Of a stretch of 64,000 nt of DNA, positions 1-8,970 are shown piece by piece. This DNA is from an uncultured virus (IMG/VR IMGVR_UViG_3300036398_005010) (lineage: Duplodnaviria; Heunggongvirae; Uroviricota; Caudoviricetes): the IMG/VR virus record IMGVR_UViG_3300036398_005010; one strand, 5' to 3'. Numbering within the stretch: position 1 is the stretch's first letter; every line of letters starts with the position of its first letter. A program made the position numbers and the translations under genes. Below the pieces are notes generated by a model. That model did not search any database and was not told the origin of the DNA. It saw only the letters and a list, made by a program, of their open reading frames with translations.

Positions 1-198
1 TCTAATACTACGGTATTAGCTAATTCCGGCGCTCCTAATAACAGCAACATTCTATTTTATGCTCGACCAGGGACACCACCCGATTCTTACGCCACATCAC
101 GCCTAGCCTTCTACTCCATCGGCGAATTCCTAAACCTCGCCCTGCTCGACGCCCGCGTGACCGCTCTGATCAACGCCATCGCGGCTGCTATACCGTAA
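1..198 (+). CDS. C-terminal end of a probable tail/tail-fibre-associated protein (partial)
   Basis: Open frame 1 ending RLAFYSIGEFLNLALLDARVTALINAIAAAIP*. The first ~90 nt are AT-rich relative to the genome. Function inferred from resemblance to cyanophage tail-region proteins. Confidence 0.55.
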   Translation, partial: SNTTVLANSGAPNNSNILFYARPGTPPDSYATSRLAFYSIGEFLNLALLDARVTALINAIAAAIP

Positions 199-202
199 AG
201 CA

Positions 203-376
203 ATGAACACACTTACCACCACTCAGAACACTCTGGCCCATCGTCCGCCCGAAACGCTGCTTTCGTTCAGCATCGGCCCAGCCTGCGACCTTGCAGAACT
301 GGGCCGAGAGTTCAAGGCATGGCTCAGAACGCCAATCAAGCCTGAAGAAATCGAGAGGCCAAACCGCACCTCGTAG
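203..376 (+). CDS. small hypothetical protein (57 aa)
   Basis: ATG 4 nt after the previous stop; MNTLTTTQ...RPNRTS*; followed by a terminator. Confidence 0.55.
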   Translation: MNTLTTTQNTLAHRPPETLLSFSIGPACDLAELGREFKAWLRTPIKPEEIERPNRTS

Positions 377-426
377 TGTCCCCGTCTACGGGCTGCCCTG
401 CAATCCCACCACCCATCCACCACCCC

Positions 427-458
427 ACCGGGCACCGCGCCAACGGGCCCGGTTTTTT
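427..458 (+). terminator. intrinsic terminator
   Basis: ACCGGGC...GCCCGGT stem followed by a T tract. Confidence 0.75.
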
Positions 459-523
459 CGTGCCATGTCCACCAGAGCGCAAGATGTGGCTTACGCTTGC
501 TTGCAAGCGATTCGTAGCGGTTC

Positions 524-1153
524 ATGCTCCTGAACGATGTCGAGATCACCCGGCTGGCAGAAGCCGGGATGATCACCCCGTTCACCCCGGACCTGGTGCG
601 CCAGGTGGAGGAGACCAGAAGCTGGGAGCAGGGCACAGCGGCGATCAGCAGGTCGGGGAAGCGGCAGGTGATCAGCTTTGGCGCCAGCAGCTACGGCTAC
701 GACCTGCGGCTGTCACCCAAGGAGTTCCTGGTGTTCCGGCATGTACCCGGCACGGTGGTCAACCCCAAGCGGTTCAACACCGAGAACCTCGAGCCGGTGA
801 AGCTGCATAGCGACGAAGACGGCGACTTCTTCGTGCTGCCGGCGCACTCCTACGGACTGGGAGTGGCGATGGAGCACCTGGACCTGCCGGTTGACATCAC
901 GGCCCTGTTCATCGGCAAGAGCACATACGCCCGCTGCGGCGTGATCGCCAATCTCACGCCCGGGGAGGCTGGCTGGCGGGGGCATCTGACCCTGGAGTTC
1001 AGCAACAGCAGTGGCGCAGACGTGCGCATCTACGCCGGTGAAGGCGTCGTGCAGGCCCTGTTCTTCCGCGGCAACCCCTGCCGCGTGAGCTACGAAAGTC
1101 GGGCCGGCAAGTACCAGGGCCAGCCGGAGCGGGTGGTGACCGCGGTGGCCTAG
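524..1153 (+). CDS. dcd: dCTP deaminase
   Basis: Motifs SSYGYDLRL, GKSTYARCG, EAGWRGHLTLE, GKYQGQ. Confidence 0.95.
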   Translation: MLLNDVEITRLAEAGMITPFTPDLVRQVEETRSWEQGTAAISRSGKRQVISFGASSYGYDLRLSPKEFLVFRHVPGTVVNPKRFNTENLEPVKLHSDEDGDFFVLPAHSYGLGVAMEHLDLPVDITALFIGKSTYARCGVIANLTPGEAGWRGHLTLEFSNSSGADVRIYAGEGVVQALFFRGNPCRVSYESRAGKYQGQPERVVTAVA

Positions 1154-1413
1154 CCCCAGCCGCGGGCGTCCATCAGCTTGATCACGTTGGAGACGTTGAT
1201 CTCCAGAGTGCGGCGGGACTGGCGGGTGATCCAGCGGTAGTGCTTGCCTTCCACCCAGCCCGGACGGGTGATCCGCCGCCGCAGGGTGCGCTCGGAGAGG
1301 CCCAGCATGGCAGCGGCTGTCGCCGTGGTGAACCAGGTCCGCGGTATCGGGGTGCGCCGGACAGGGGGCGCCTGGGCCGCCAGGCCGCGGCCAGCTCTGA
1401 GGACTTCCATCAA
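1150..1413 (-). CDS. HTH/excisionase-like DNA-binding protein
   Basis: TTATAAAMLGLSERTLRR helix-turn-helix, W.EGKHY motif. Confidence 0.65.
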   Translation of the reverse strand: MMEVLRAGRGLAAQAPPVRRTPIPRTWFTTATAAAMLGLSERTLRRRITRPGWVEGKHYRWITRQSRRTLEINVSNVIKLMDARGWG

Positions 1414-1540
1414 GGAGAGGACGGGAGGGCCGCAGTGTAAGCCCTGGCTGCCTGCTTGTGAGCCTATGGGGCGCTTGCAACAGCGGCAACCAGACGCCCG
1501 CTCAAACTGCGTAGCGTGGCGTGAGCTGAGGCTGGCGCCT

Positions 1541-2110
1541 GTGGCGGAACGATGGGAAGAGCTTGTCTTTTACCTGGTCGATCTCTCTCCGGCAGATGCC
1601 AGGCGGCGGTTCCGCCAAGGCATCAAGCAGGCCTGGGCTGGCTGCTGCGCCTACTGCGGCGAGGCGCCCCCGGCGGCCTCTCTGACCCTGGATCACGTCA
1701 AGCCCAGGGCCAAGGGCGGCAGCACGCTGCGCTCCAACCTGGTGCCCGCCTGCCGGCGCTGCAATACCGACAAGGGCAGCACGGCTTGCTGGCGCAGCTG
1801 GTACCGCGGCACACCATGGTTCTGCTCGCACCGCGAGGCGAGAATAGAGGCCTGGCTGCAACCGGCGGCCATCCCCCTGCAGCTGGTCACCACGGAGGTC
1901 TGTGATGATGCTCGATCTCAGCCTGGAGCAGCAGTTCCAGTTGCGGCAGTTGAGGGGAGAGATCGAGGATCTGAGCCGGGCCGAGCTGATTGCCCTGGTG
2001 ATCGACGAGCGCAGGGACTACCTGCTGCAGGGCAACTACCTGCGATCGGTGATGGTGGAAGCGGGAATGGAGGTGGAGGAGCCGATGGACATCTACCTTG
2101 CGCTGCCTGA
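1541..2110 (+). CDS. HNH endonuclease (McrA-like); 3' part overlaps the NblA-like gene
   Basis: CAYCG...TLDHVKPRAKGG...NLVPACRRCNTDKG; GTG start at 1541 is inferred. Confidence 0.85.
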   Translation: MAERWEELVFYLVDLSPADARRRFRQGIKQAWAGCCAYCGEAPPAASLTLDHVKPRAKGGSTLRSNLVPACRRCNTDKGSTACWRSWYRGTPWFCSHREARIEAWLQPAAIPLQLVTTEVCDDARSQPGAAVPVAAVEGRDRGSEPGRADCPGDRRAQGLPAAGQLPAIGDGGSGNGGGGADGHLPCAA

Positions 2111-2261
2111 GACCGACGAAGAGATGATCGCGACATTCGGGCACATGCCCAGCAACGAGGAGCTGGCGGCCTACGTCGGCGAACGTGTTGAGGCCTGCCA
2201 GGAAGCCGCCAGAATGGATGTCGACATCGAAGCCATTGCGCTCGGGATGGAGGAATCGTGA
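1905..2261 (+). CDS. nblA: NblA-like phycobilisome degradation protein with acidic C-terminal extension
   Basis: LSLEQQFQLRQL..EIEDLSRAELIAL...R..LLQGNY matches the NblA pattern. Confidence 0.7.
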   Translation: MMLDLSLEQQFQLRQLRGEIEDLSRAELIALVIDERRDYLLQGNYLRSVMVEAGMEVEEPMDIYLALPETDEEMIATFGHMPSNEELAAYVGERVEACQEAARMDVDIEAIALGMEES

Positions 2262-3565
2262 TCAGCCCGAACGCCAGAGCCCTGCTGGACACGATCAGGC
2301 TTGCAGAGGGCACAAGCGGACCCCAGGGCTACAACACGATGTTCACGGGCAAAACGTTCAGCGATCTGTCCAGGCATCCAAACCAGGTCAACCGAGGGGG
2401 CGGCTACGCTTCGGCGGCGGCAGGTGCATACCAGTTTCTCCCGGCTACCTGGGAAGGGGCCGCCAAGGAGTTAGGGCTCAAGGATTTCTCGCCCGCCAAT
2501 CAGGACTTAGCTGCCCTGCAGCTGATTCGCCGTCGCGGGGTTGACCCTGACAAGCCCTTGACGCGCGAGACCCTGGCCAAGCTGGCGCCGGAATGGGCCT
2601 CTTTGCCGACGATGCAGGGAGCGAGCTACTACGGTCAGCCGGTCAAGGCAGCAGACAAGCTGCTGTCTCATTACCAGAGCCGCCTGGGAGGGAACGGCGC
2701 ACCGATGGCGCCTTTTGCGCCTTCGGCAACAGCAGCTTCAAGCCCTGCGCCAACCCGGGCTGGCTCGCCCCTGGAGGCCGTGGCTGCCGGGATCCTCGGC
2801 GGCGCGAGCGGGACGGGAGGCTTTCGCATGGCCGCCCCATTCGCCATGGCCCCCAAGATCACCCCCGCGGGAGCCAGCGGTCCCGCAGGGGTGGCGGGAG
2901 CGATCCTGGACAACAGCTTCGCTGGGGCGGTGGGCAAGCAGCGCATGGCTGCCAGCAGCGCCCTGCTGCCCGGCCTGTTCAAGGCCGCTACCGGTGTATC
3001 GATTGAGGACCTTGGACCCCTGGTGGCCGCTAGAGGCGAATTGCCTGGCTCTCAGGCGATCCCTGATTTCGATGTGCCTGTGCCGCAGTTCAATGCGCCA
3101 CAGGCGGGCATGCCAGCAGGCGCGTCGAGCGGACTGCGAATGGGGCGCCTCGGTGGTGCAACGACCAATCGCACCAGGGATCCCGATGCTGAGCAGAGCG
3201 GCTACGACCTTGTCAAGCCAGGCGGGGTGGGAGCGCCGATCGTGGCGCCAGTGGACCTGGAGATCACCGGCAAGGGATTCCAGGGGCAGGGCAGCGGGGA
3301 GTCGGGGCGCGGCTACGGCAACTGGCTGAGCGGCAAGTTCACAGGGGCAGACGGCAAGCCCTACGAGCTCCTTCTTGGGCATCTCAATGACTACAGCGTC
3401 AAGCCAGGCATGAAGGTCCCCCGCGGCACCGTTCTCGGTAGCCAGGGTGTAACCGGACGGGCGTTTGGTGCGCACGTCACGACTCACGTCAATGCCCTGT
3501 CAGGTGGTAATCCCTGGCAGGAGCTGGATCGCCTCACGAATATGTGGACGGCACCAGCTGGCTAG
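2258..3565 (+). CDS. peptidoglycan hydrolase: lambda-type lysozyme, Ala/Pro/Gly linker, M23-peptidase-like domain
   Basis: ALLDTIRLAEGT, SAAAGAYQFL, DFSPANQD, LAPEWASLP; C-terminal GYD..PGGVGAPIVAP, GYGNW, GHL, GSQGVTGRAFGAH. Confidence 0.85.
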   Translation: MISPNARALLDTIRLAEGTSGPQGYNTMFTGKTFSDLSRHPNQVNRGGGYASAAAGAYQFLPATWEGAAKELGLKDFSPANQDLAALQLIRRRGVDPDKPLTRETLAKLAPEWASLPTMQGASYYGQPVKAADKLLSHYQSRLGGNGAPMAPFAPSATAASSPAPTRAGSPLEAVAAGILGGASGTGGFRMAAPFAMAPKITPAGASGPAGVAGAILDNSFAGAVGKQRMAASSALLPGLFKAATGVSIEDLGPLVAARGELPGSQAIPDFDVPVPQFNAPQAGMPAGASSGLRMGRLGGATTNRTRDPDAEQSGYDLVKPGGVGAPIVAPVDLEITGKGFQGQGSGESGRGYGNWLSGKFTGADGKPYELLLGHLNDYSVKPGMKVPRGTVLGSQGVTGRAFGAHVTTHVNALSGGNPWQELDRLTNMWTAPAG

Positions 3566-3596
3566 CCTGGGCTGGTTGTTGACCTGAGGCAGGTCG

Positions 3597-3917
3597 ATGC
3601 CATCGCATCCCGATCTGGCCAAAGCCTCCGCGATCCTGGGCATGGTCGGCGCCGCCCTGGTGCTTGGGCTCAATGTGGCTGTGGGAGCGCTCTACATCCG
3701 CGACTGCCGGGTGAGCGGCGGCACCTTCAATGAGTGCTGGGATCGTGGCCTGTCGATCTCGGGCCTGGGCTCCGGCGGCCCACTGGCGGCCGCGCTGGGC
3801 ATTGGCGGCTATGTGATCGGTGCCAGCAAGGGCCGCAAGGAGGGTCTCGAGGAGGGCTATCAGCAGGGGTATTGGACCCTGAATCCAGAACTGCACTCCG
3901 ACAATCCCGAGCCATGA
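3597..3917 (+). CDS. membrane protein (possible holin/lysis accessory)
   Basis: Two hydrophobic segments; follows the lysin. Confidence 0.5.
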   Translation: MPSHPDLAKASAILGMVGAALVLGLNVAVGALYIRDCRVSGGTFNECWDRGLSISGLGSGGPLAAALGIGGYVIGASKGRKEGLEEGYQQGYWTLNPELHSDNPEP

Positions 3918-4157
3918 GCGATCTCCATGTGATGGGCGATGCGCTGGTCGCCTCGCTGCTGGCGCCGGTTGTGAGGTTGATCGTCCAGAAAGCGTTCCTG
4001 GAGCCCGCGGCGGCCTGGGCCGGGTAGACCGGACTCAAGAAAGCGATCGAGGGCATCCGGCAGGTCTAGACGCGAAAGCCTGAACAATCGCGCTGAAAGG
4101 CGCTTCTATTGGGTAGATTTGTCACAAGCACCTTGGATCGGTGCTCACAGATTTCCC

Positions 4158-4565
4158 ATGATCACCACCATCGCAATCGCGGCTACCACGGGGTTTGCCG
4201 GATTGGCCATCGGCACCAGTGCGGCCAACTTCGGGTTGCGCCGCCGGCTGGACGGCCTAGAGGGATGGGCCATGGAGGAGCTGGTCACCAAACAGGAGAT
4301 CAGTGAAGCTTTCCAGCGAGTCTCAGTGATCGAGGCACAGCGGGAAGCAGTGCTTGCTCAGCAGCTCAACCAGATGCGCGCCCAGATCGCCCAGGTGCAG
4401 CCCATCTTTCGCCAGGGGGCCCAGAGCGGGGCGTTCCAGCAGGAGGTGCCAGGGCGGGCCCAGGCAGGCCCTACCCCGGCTGAGGTGAACGCCCTGTTGA
4501 CCCAGCAGCTCAGTGGCATCAACGAGCGGCTGCAGCAAGTGATGTCTCAGCAGATGCCCGGCTGA
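4158..4565 (+). CDS. hypothetical protein, N-terminal hydrophobic segment plus Gln-rich coiled coil
   Basis: Phage-like ORF MITTIAIAATTGFAGLAIG... Confidence 0.6.
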   Translation: MITTIAIAATTGFAGLAIGTSAANFGLRRRLDGLEGWAMEELVTKQEISEAFQRVSVIEAQREAVLAQQLNQMRAQIAQVQPIFRQGAQSGAFQQEVPGRAQAGPTPAEVNALLTQQLSGINERLQQVMSQQMPG

Positions 4566-5067
4566 TCTCCTTGCCGCGAGGCGAGAAGGTCACGCACTCA
4601 TTGGCGAAGGCGGTGCCCTCGAGCAGTGGGTCAGGGAAGCCCATGGTGCAGTAGCCGAGCCACTGGTTGCACTGCTCGCAGCGATGCCCCTTGTCGGGTA
4701 CAAGGGCCTCTGCTGCGCGGATGATCTGTGGCAGTCGGTCGCGGTAGACCAGGCCGGCGCGCACCTGGCGGATCAGCTCACGGCTGCGGTTCAAGATGCG
4801 GGCCAGCTGGCAGTTGTTGAGGTCGACCCGCTGGAAGATCATCAGCAGCTGCTCATCGGTGAGGTCGGGCTCACCTGGGGCTTTGCGTCGCCTGGGCTTG
4901 GCCTTGACCACCGGCTGGGGCACTGGGTCGTTGGAGCGCTCGTGCGCGGTCCAGCGATGGCCGCAGAACGTGTTCTGGCAGGCCAGGCGGCGGCGCTTGT
5001 CGCCGTTGGCGAGCTTGCGGATTTCGATGACGCGAGCTTTGGTCTCGCAGCGAGGACAGTGGTGCAT
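4519..5067 (-). CDS. Zn-ribbon (NrdR N-terminus-like) DNA-binding protein
   Basis: MHHCPRC...RRRLAC..CGHRWTAHE, central HTH-like segment, C-terminal CxxC. Confidence 0.65.
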   Translation of the reverse strand: MHHCPRCETKARVIEIRKLANGDKRRRLACQNTFCGHRWTAHERSNDPVPQPVVKAKPRRRKAPGEPDLTDEQLLMIFQRVDLNNCQLARILNRSRELIRQVRAGLVYRDRLPQIIRAAEALVPDKGHRCEQCNQWLGYCTMGFPDPLLEGTAFANECVTFSPRGKEISRASAETSLAAAAR

Positions 5068-5122
5068 GCGTTCAGCGGTTGCCTTGGCTTGCTGAGTGGT
5101 GGAATTGGATTGCGCCTAGCCT

Positions 5123-5470
5123 GTGAGCTGCATCAAGCAGGACGTGGATCGACGCTACAGCCAGGCGAGAGGTGCCGGGGGCGTCCGGGCCAGTGATTCG
5201 GGGACCAGGCGGCGCGAGGCCTATGCCCGGGCCCAGATCGCCAGGGGGCGGGTCAATGCCCGGGCAGCGCGCACCGGCGGCAACGAACGGGGCCCCAAGA
5301 GCATCGACCCCTACGCGGCCGTGGACATCCTCAGGGGACGGGCTGCTCTGCGGGCAGAGCGTGATCAGGTGTTCCAGGAGGAGGGCTCGGGCGCTTATGG
5401 CTCCGGCCCCGCCCTCGCTGCCGCCCGCCGACAGGACGAGGAGCAGCAGGATCTCCTGCCGGGATTGTGA
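5123..5470 (+). CDS. hypothetical basic protein
   Basis: GTG start directly after a CCTAGCCT -10-like element. Confidence 0.45.
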   Translation: MSCIKQDVDRRYSQARGAGGVRASDSGTRRREAYARAQIARGRVNARAARTGGNERGPKSIDPYAAVDILRGRAALRAERDQVFQEEGSGAYGSGPALAAARRQDEEQQDLLPGL

Positions 5471-5999
5471 GCAGCCGGGCCCGGACGCAGGTGTCGTTGA
5501 AGGGTTGCTTGATCGGCTCCAGGAGCAGGTTGGATCCCTCCGGTGACCAAAGGTCCGCGAAGTCGCTGCTGCTGCAATCGGCGAGCGAGAAGATGCACAG
5601 CCCCCCGCTGCGCCAGGCGGAGTGTTCATCACGGGGGTCCCACCAGCGGGTAACCCGGAAGGGGCTTTCACCCAGGTCGCGGTAGCCGGGGACGAGCTGG
5701 TGGATGGCATGCAGCTCGGCGGCCAGGGCCAGGATGGCGTTGTTGGTGCCCTCATCCAGTGCCCTGCAGTCCCGGCTGCCCCTGGGCAGGACATGACGCC
5801 AGGAGATCCAGCTGTCGTAGACGACGGCGCGATCCAGCAGCAGCCAGCCATCGATCGGGTGGAGGAACTCATCCTCGTCGCTGTAGGCGTAGGGCAGGTG
5901 CGGGCTCACGACTCTTTTGTGGAGGCGGTTCCGCCGAAGGCGTAGGGCTTGCCCACGGACACCTGGTAGGACTCCTGCCAGCGGCTCTCGCCGCTCCAT
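5331..5999 (-). CDS. hypothetical protein (true start probably near 5909)
   Basis: In tandem with the minus-strand operon; globular composition over 5470-5909. Confidence 0.5.
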   Translation of the reverse strand: MERREPLAGVLPGVRGQALRLRRNRLHKRVVSPHLPYAYSDEDEFLHPIDGWLLLDRAVVYDSWISWRHVLPRGSRDCRALDEGTNNAILALAAELHAIHQLVPGYRDLGESPFRVTRWWDPRDEHSAWRSGGLCIFSLADCSSSDFADLWSPEGSNLLLEPIKQPFNDTCVRARLLTIPAGDPAAPRPVGGRQRGRGRSHKRPSPPPGTPDHALPAEQPVP

Positions 6000-6541
6000 T
6001 CGTCCAGGACAACCCGGCCGTACGGGGAGGCCGCAGCATGGAAGCGGGCCAGGCCCTCACGGAAGGCGCCCGATGGGGACGGGGGTGGCAGGTAGACGAT
6101 GGCAGACCAGTCTGCCGGCAGCACCCGGGCGGTCTGCTCCAGTTCGTCGTCCCAGAAGCGCGGCGCCAGGCGGCGGAATGGCAGGCAGATCGGAAAGTCC
6201 CACAGCCACGGGCAGGAGGCCAGGATCTCGTTGCTGCCGCTCCAGAAGATGGCCTCGTTGATGCTGCCGGCGCGGTACTCGCACAGCAGCTTGTTGGCCA
6301 GGGCGCGGCCGCGGCGCAAGCCGTTGGGCACGGCCAGGAGCGCGCGCTTGCTGCCGCCGGGGGACCAGTGGCGGCCGGTGGCGATCGCCATGTCCTCGTC
6401 TCGCTCCAGGTAGCGGGAGGCCTGAACGACGTGGTTGATCTCGGCGTTGCTGTAGGGGTCCAGATCAATGGCCCCCATGGTGCAGCGGGCCACCTCGACG
6501 ACATGAGCCGGAGGCAGCAGGGTGGGCAGGGTCTTGGCCAT
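5906..6541 (-). CDS. phage N6-adenine DNA methyltransferase-like protein, catalytic motif degenerate
   Basis: MGAIDLDPYSNAEINHVVQASRY resembles phage MTase motif I; the expected NPPY is replaced by AVPN. Confidence 0.55.
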   Translation of the reverse strand: MAKTLPTLLPPAHVVEVARCTMGAIDLDPYSNAEINHVVQASRYLERDEDMAIATGRHWSPGGSKRALLAVPNGLRRGRALANKLLCEYRAGSINEAIFWSGSNEILASCPWLWDFPICLPFRRLAPRFWDDELEQTARVLPADWSAIVYLPPPSPSGAFREGLARFHAAASPYGRVVLDEWSGESRWQESYQVSVGKPYAFGGTASTKES

Positions 6542-6544
6542 GGC

Positions 6545-6988
6545 TCAGAGGGTGTGGGACTCCTGCAGCTCCTGGATGGCTCGGGCGGGGTACTCGCGGG
6601 GCACGACCAGCAGGCTGGCCTGGCTCTTGTCGATGAGCAGGAACAGGGCGTTGTGCTCGGTGTCGGTGACCCGGATGCGGCTGATCACATCCCGCAGAAA
6701 GCGGGAGTTGTGGATGTCGCCGGCCGCCTCTGCTGCCAGCAGGTCTTCGCAGAAGGACTCGAGGGGGGTGTAGTAGGCATCGCGGCCGCTGCCGGCCAGC
6801 TTGAGCACCAGGGCGCCGGGGCCGTGGCGCTCCAGGAAGGAGTCGAACAGCTGGATCTGGTCGGCCAGGATGGCCTCACAGGCGCGGGTGTTGATGGCGA
6901 TGGCGGCCTCGGTTTCGCCGCCGGTGCCGGTGCTGCCCAGCTCAGGGAACAGCCGGCGCATGAGATCGACGCGGGAGGGACGGGCCAT
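6545..6988 (-). CDS. hypothetical protein
   Basis: ATG start, operon-like spacing. Confidence 0.7.
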   Translation of the reverse strand: MARPSRVDLMRRLFPELGSTGTGGETEAAIAINTRACEAILADQIQLFDSFLERHGPGALVLKLAGSGRDAYYTPLESFCEDLLAAEAAGDIHNSRFLRDVISRIRVTDTEHNALFLLIDKSQASLLVVPREYPARAIQELQESHTL

Positions 6989-6991
6989 GGT

Positions 6992-7183
6992 TCAGGTCTC
7001 CTCTCGGGGGGCCCACTCGCCGCACCAGTCGGTGTCCCGCACGCGTGGCCACGACCACAGACTTTCGATCTCAGGGGTCGGCGGCATGCGGCGGCAGACC
7101 TGGCCACCTGGCGGCCAACGGCGGGAGTAGTAGCAGTTCAAGCAGGCCTGCTCGCTGCTGGGCGGATGGTTGAGTTTGCTCAC
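6992..7183 (-). CDS. small Cys-rich phage protein
   Basis: CLNCYY...CRRMPP...WPRV...DWCGEW pattern; GTG start. Confidence 0.7.
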   Translation of the reverse strand: MSKLNHPPSSEQACLNCYYSRRWPPGGQVCRRMPPTPEIESLWSWPRVRDTDWCGEWAPREET

Positions 7184-7187
7184 GGCG

Positions 7188-7901
7188 TCAGGGGGCGAGG
7201 ATGGCTTTGCTGCGGCGCTCGGAGGCCCAGGCGGCGTGGATCTCGGGCACCCAGTCCCGGTAGCAGACCTCGGCGAGCTCCATCGCCCAGCGGATCTCGT
7301 CCTGGGCGTCGGCCTTGAGGCGGACGTCGAGCAGGTGCAGCCAGGAACGGGCGTTGCCGGTGAGCAGCACGTTCTGGAAGTAGGAGGTGGGCAGCACGTA
7401 ACGGGCGTGCTCCTCGGAGACGCCCTCGGCGCGCAGGTCGGCGTAGTCCTGGGCGGCATTGAGGCAGAGCTGGCGCATGCGCGCAATGTGATTCGTGCTC
7501 CACTCGTAGCTGTCGCCCTGGCGGTCGCGGTAGACGCCAGACGGGCGGATGTAGAAGACCTCTTCCACGGGGATCTCGCCGCGGGCAACGCGCTCGATCC
7601 TGGTCCCCGAGTAGCGCTGGGACTGGACATCGAATGTCACGCCGACCCGATGCGTGCGCAGCTGCACCATCGTGTTGTGATCGACCTGCAGCAACAGCGA
7701 CAGGGTGGGGTGCTCCAGGGGGCCCCAGTGCCCCCGCTTGCCATCGAGGAGACGCTTGACGGCGATCTGGCCGCAGCGGTCCTCCGGCAGGGTGGTGTCG
7801 GGGTGGAAGTCTTCTGAGTAGTCGTTGTGGAGAGCGAGATAGATCAGCCGCTGCGGCATTTCAGTCGCAGCGACCACTTCGCAGCGGAAGGGGTTCCTCA
7901 C
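7188..7901 (-). CDS. thyX: FAD-dependent thymidylate synthase
   Basis: GHWGPLEH, QLRTHR...FDVQSQRY, EHARYVLP, LDVRLKADAQDEIR. Confidence 0.95.
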   Translation of the reverse strand: MRNPFRCEVVAATEMPQRLIYLALHNDYSEDFHPDTTLPEDRCGQIAVKRLLDGKRGHWGPLEHPTLSLLLQVDHNTMVQLRTHRVGVTFDVQSQRYSGTRIERVARGEIPVEEVFYIRPSGVYRDRQGDSYEWSTNHIARMRQLCLNAAQDYADLRAEGVSEEHARYVLPTSYFQNVLLTGNARSWLHLLDVRLKADAQDEIRWAMELAEVCYRDWVPEIHAAWASERRSKAILAP

Positions 7902-7990
7902 GTAGGGATGAGCCGTTCAGGGCGCACCCTACAGCCTGAGTTTGATCAATGCAAGCTGTGGCAGGCGGGGGCGCAGACAGAGCTTGCGAC

Positions 7991-8941
7991 TTAGCTGATC
8001 TGGATCCGCCTGTTCATCCGGTTGGCCATGTCGATCATGTCCTTGGCGCTGAGCACGTCAGGGGCTTTGGGCAGGACGCTGGCAAACTGCTGCAGCATGG
8101 TGCCGGACTGGTAGCGATCGGCCTCGGCGCGGTCCTGCATCCAGCCGGAGTAGTTGGCGTTGTTGACCCCGAGGCGGTCGGCGTAGTTGGCAACGCCCTC
8201 GACCGCCTGGCCGGGCGTGATGCCGTTGGGGAACATCTCGGGCGGCCGGCCCTCGGGGGTGCGGCCGGAGAGGTGGTCCCGGGCACGCTGGTAAGCGGTG
8301 GCCGCGGCGCTGCCTGCGGTGGAGCCGGTCGAGCCACCGGTGCCGCCAGGGGTGGGCCTGGCCTTGCCGGCGGACTTGCTCTTGCCGTCCTTGCCGGCGG
8401 ACCGAGCGGCAGAGGTGTAGATCGGCAACTGGTACTTGCCGCCACCGGTGCGAATGGGGCCGCCCCCCTTGACATTTCCTTGGAGGTAAATGCCGGGATC
8501 GGTGAAATTGACAAAGCGGCTGACAACCATCCCCTTGCCGGGGGTCAAGGAGCCACCGGCCTTGTCGACCTTCCTGTTGATCTTGTCCGCCTGCTTCTGA
8601 CTCAGGGGCACGACCGGGTTGGAACCCGGAACGCCGTAGGCGAAACGATCGATGGGTGCACCACCAGGAACGACGGCCTGCCCCTTGCTGTTGACCTTGA
8701 CCGTGGCACCACCACCGACGACCTGGACCTTGCTGCTGCCGCCGGAACCGCCGCTGCTGCCTCGATCGATGTAGGTCTGAGCCTTGTCGCCGGTCTTCAT
8801 GGAGCCGGCCACCGCCTGGATCTGCTTCTGCGAGAGGCCCTTGTCTTCGAGCTTCTTGACCTCGGACTTGTTGAGCTTGTCGCCGGAGACGTACTTCTGG
8901 GCCCTCTCCAGCGCCTCCTGCTTGCTGTTCTTTTTGGACAC
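7991..8941 (-). CDS. Lys/Gly-rich hypothetical protein (possible virion protein)
   Basis: 316-aa ORF preceded by CCTAGAATC promoter-like motif. Confidence 0.65.
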   Translation of the reverse strand: MSKKNSKQEALERAQKYVSGDKLNKSEVKKLEDKGLSQKQIQAVAGSMKTGDKAQTYIDRGSSGGSGGSSKVQVVGGGATVKVNSKGQAVVPGGAPIDRFAYGVPGSNPVVPLSQKQADKINRKVDKAGGSLTPGKGMVVSRFVNFTDPGIYLQGNVKGGGPIRTGGGKYQLPIYTSAARSAGKDGKSKSAGKARPTPGGTGGSTGSTAGSAAATAYQRARDHLSGRTPEGRPPEMFPNGITPGQAVEGVANYADRLGVNNANYSGWMQDRAEADRYQSGTMLQQFASVLPKAPDVLSAKDMIDMANRMNRRIQIS

Positions 8942-8970
8942 CGGGGGAGAGCCTGGACTGCGGCTTGATT

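Noticed and set aside
1..198. Diversity-generating retroelement variable region
   Set aside because: The AT-rich patch is suggestive, but I found no reverse transcriptase or template repeat in this window.
5759..8968. Long plus-strand ORFs 5759..7318 and 7949..8968 (and similar, e.g. 12802..13905, 38041..39114)
   Set aside because: Antisense shadows of well-supported minus-strand genes, expected at high GC.
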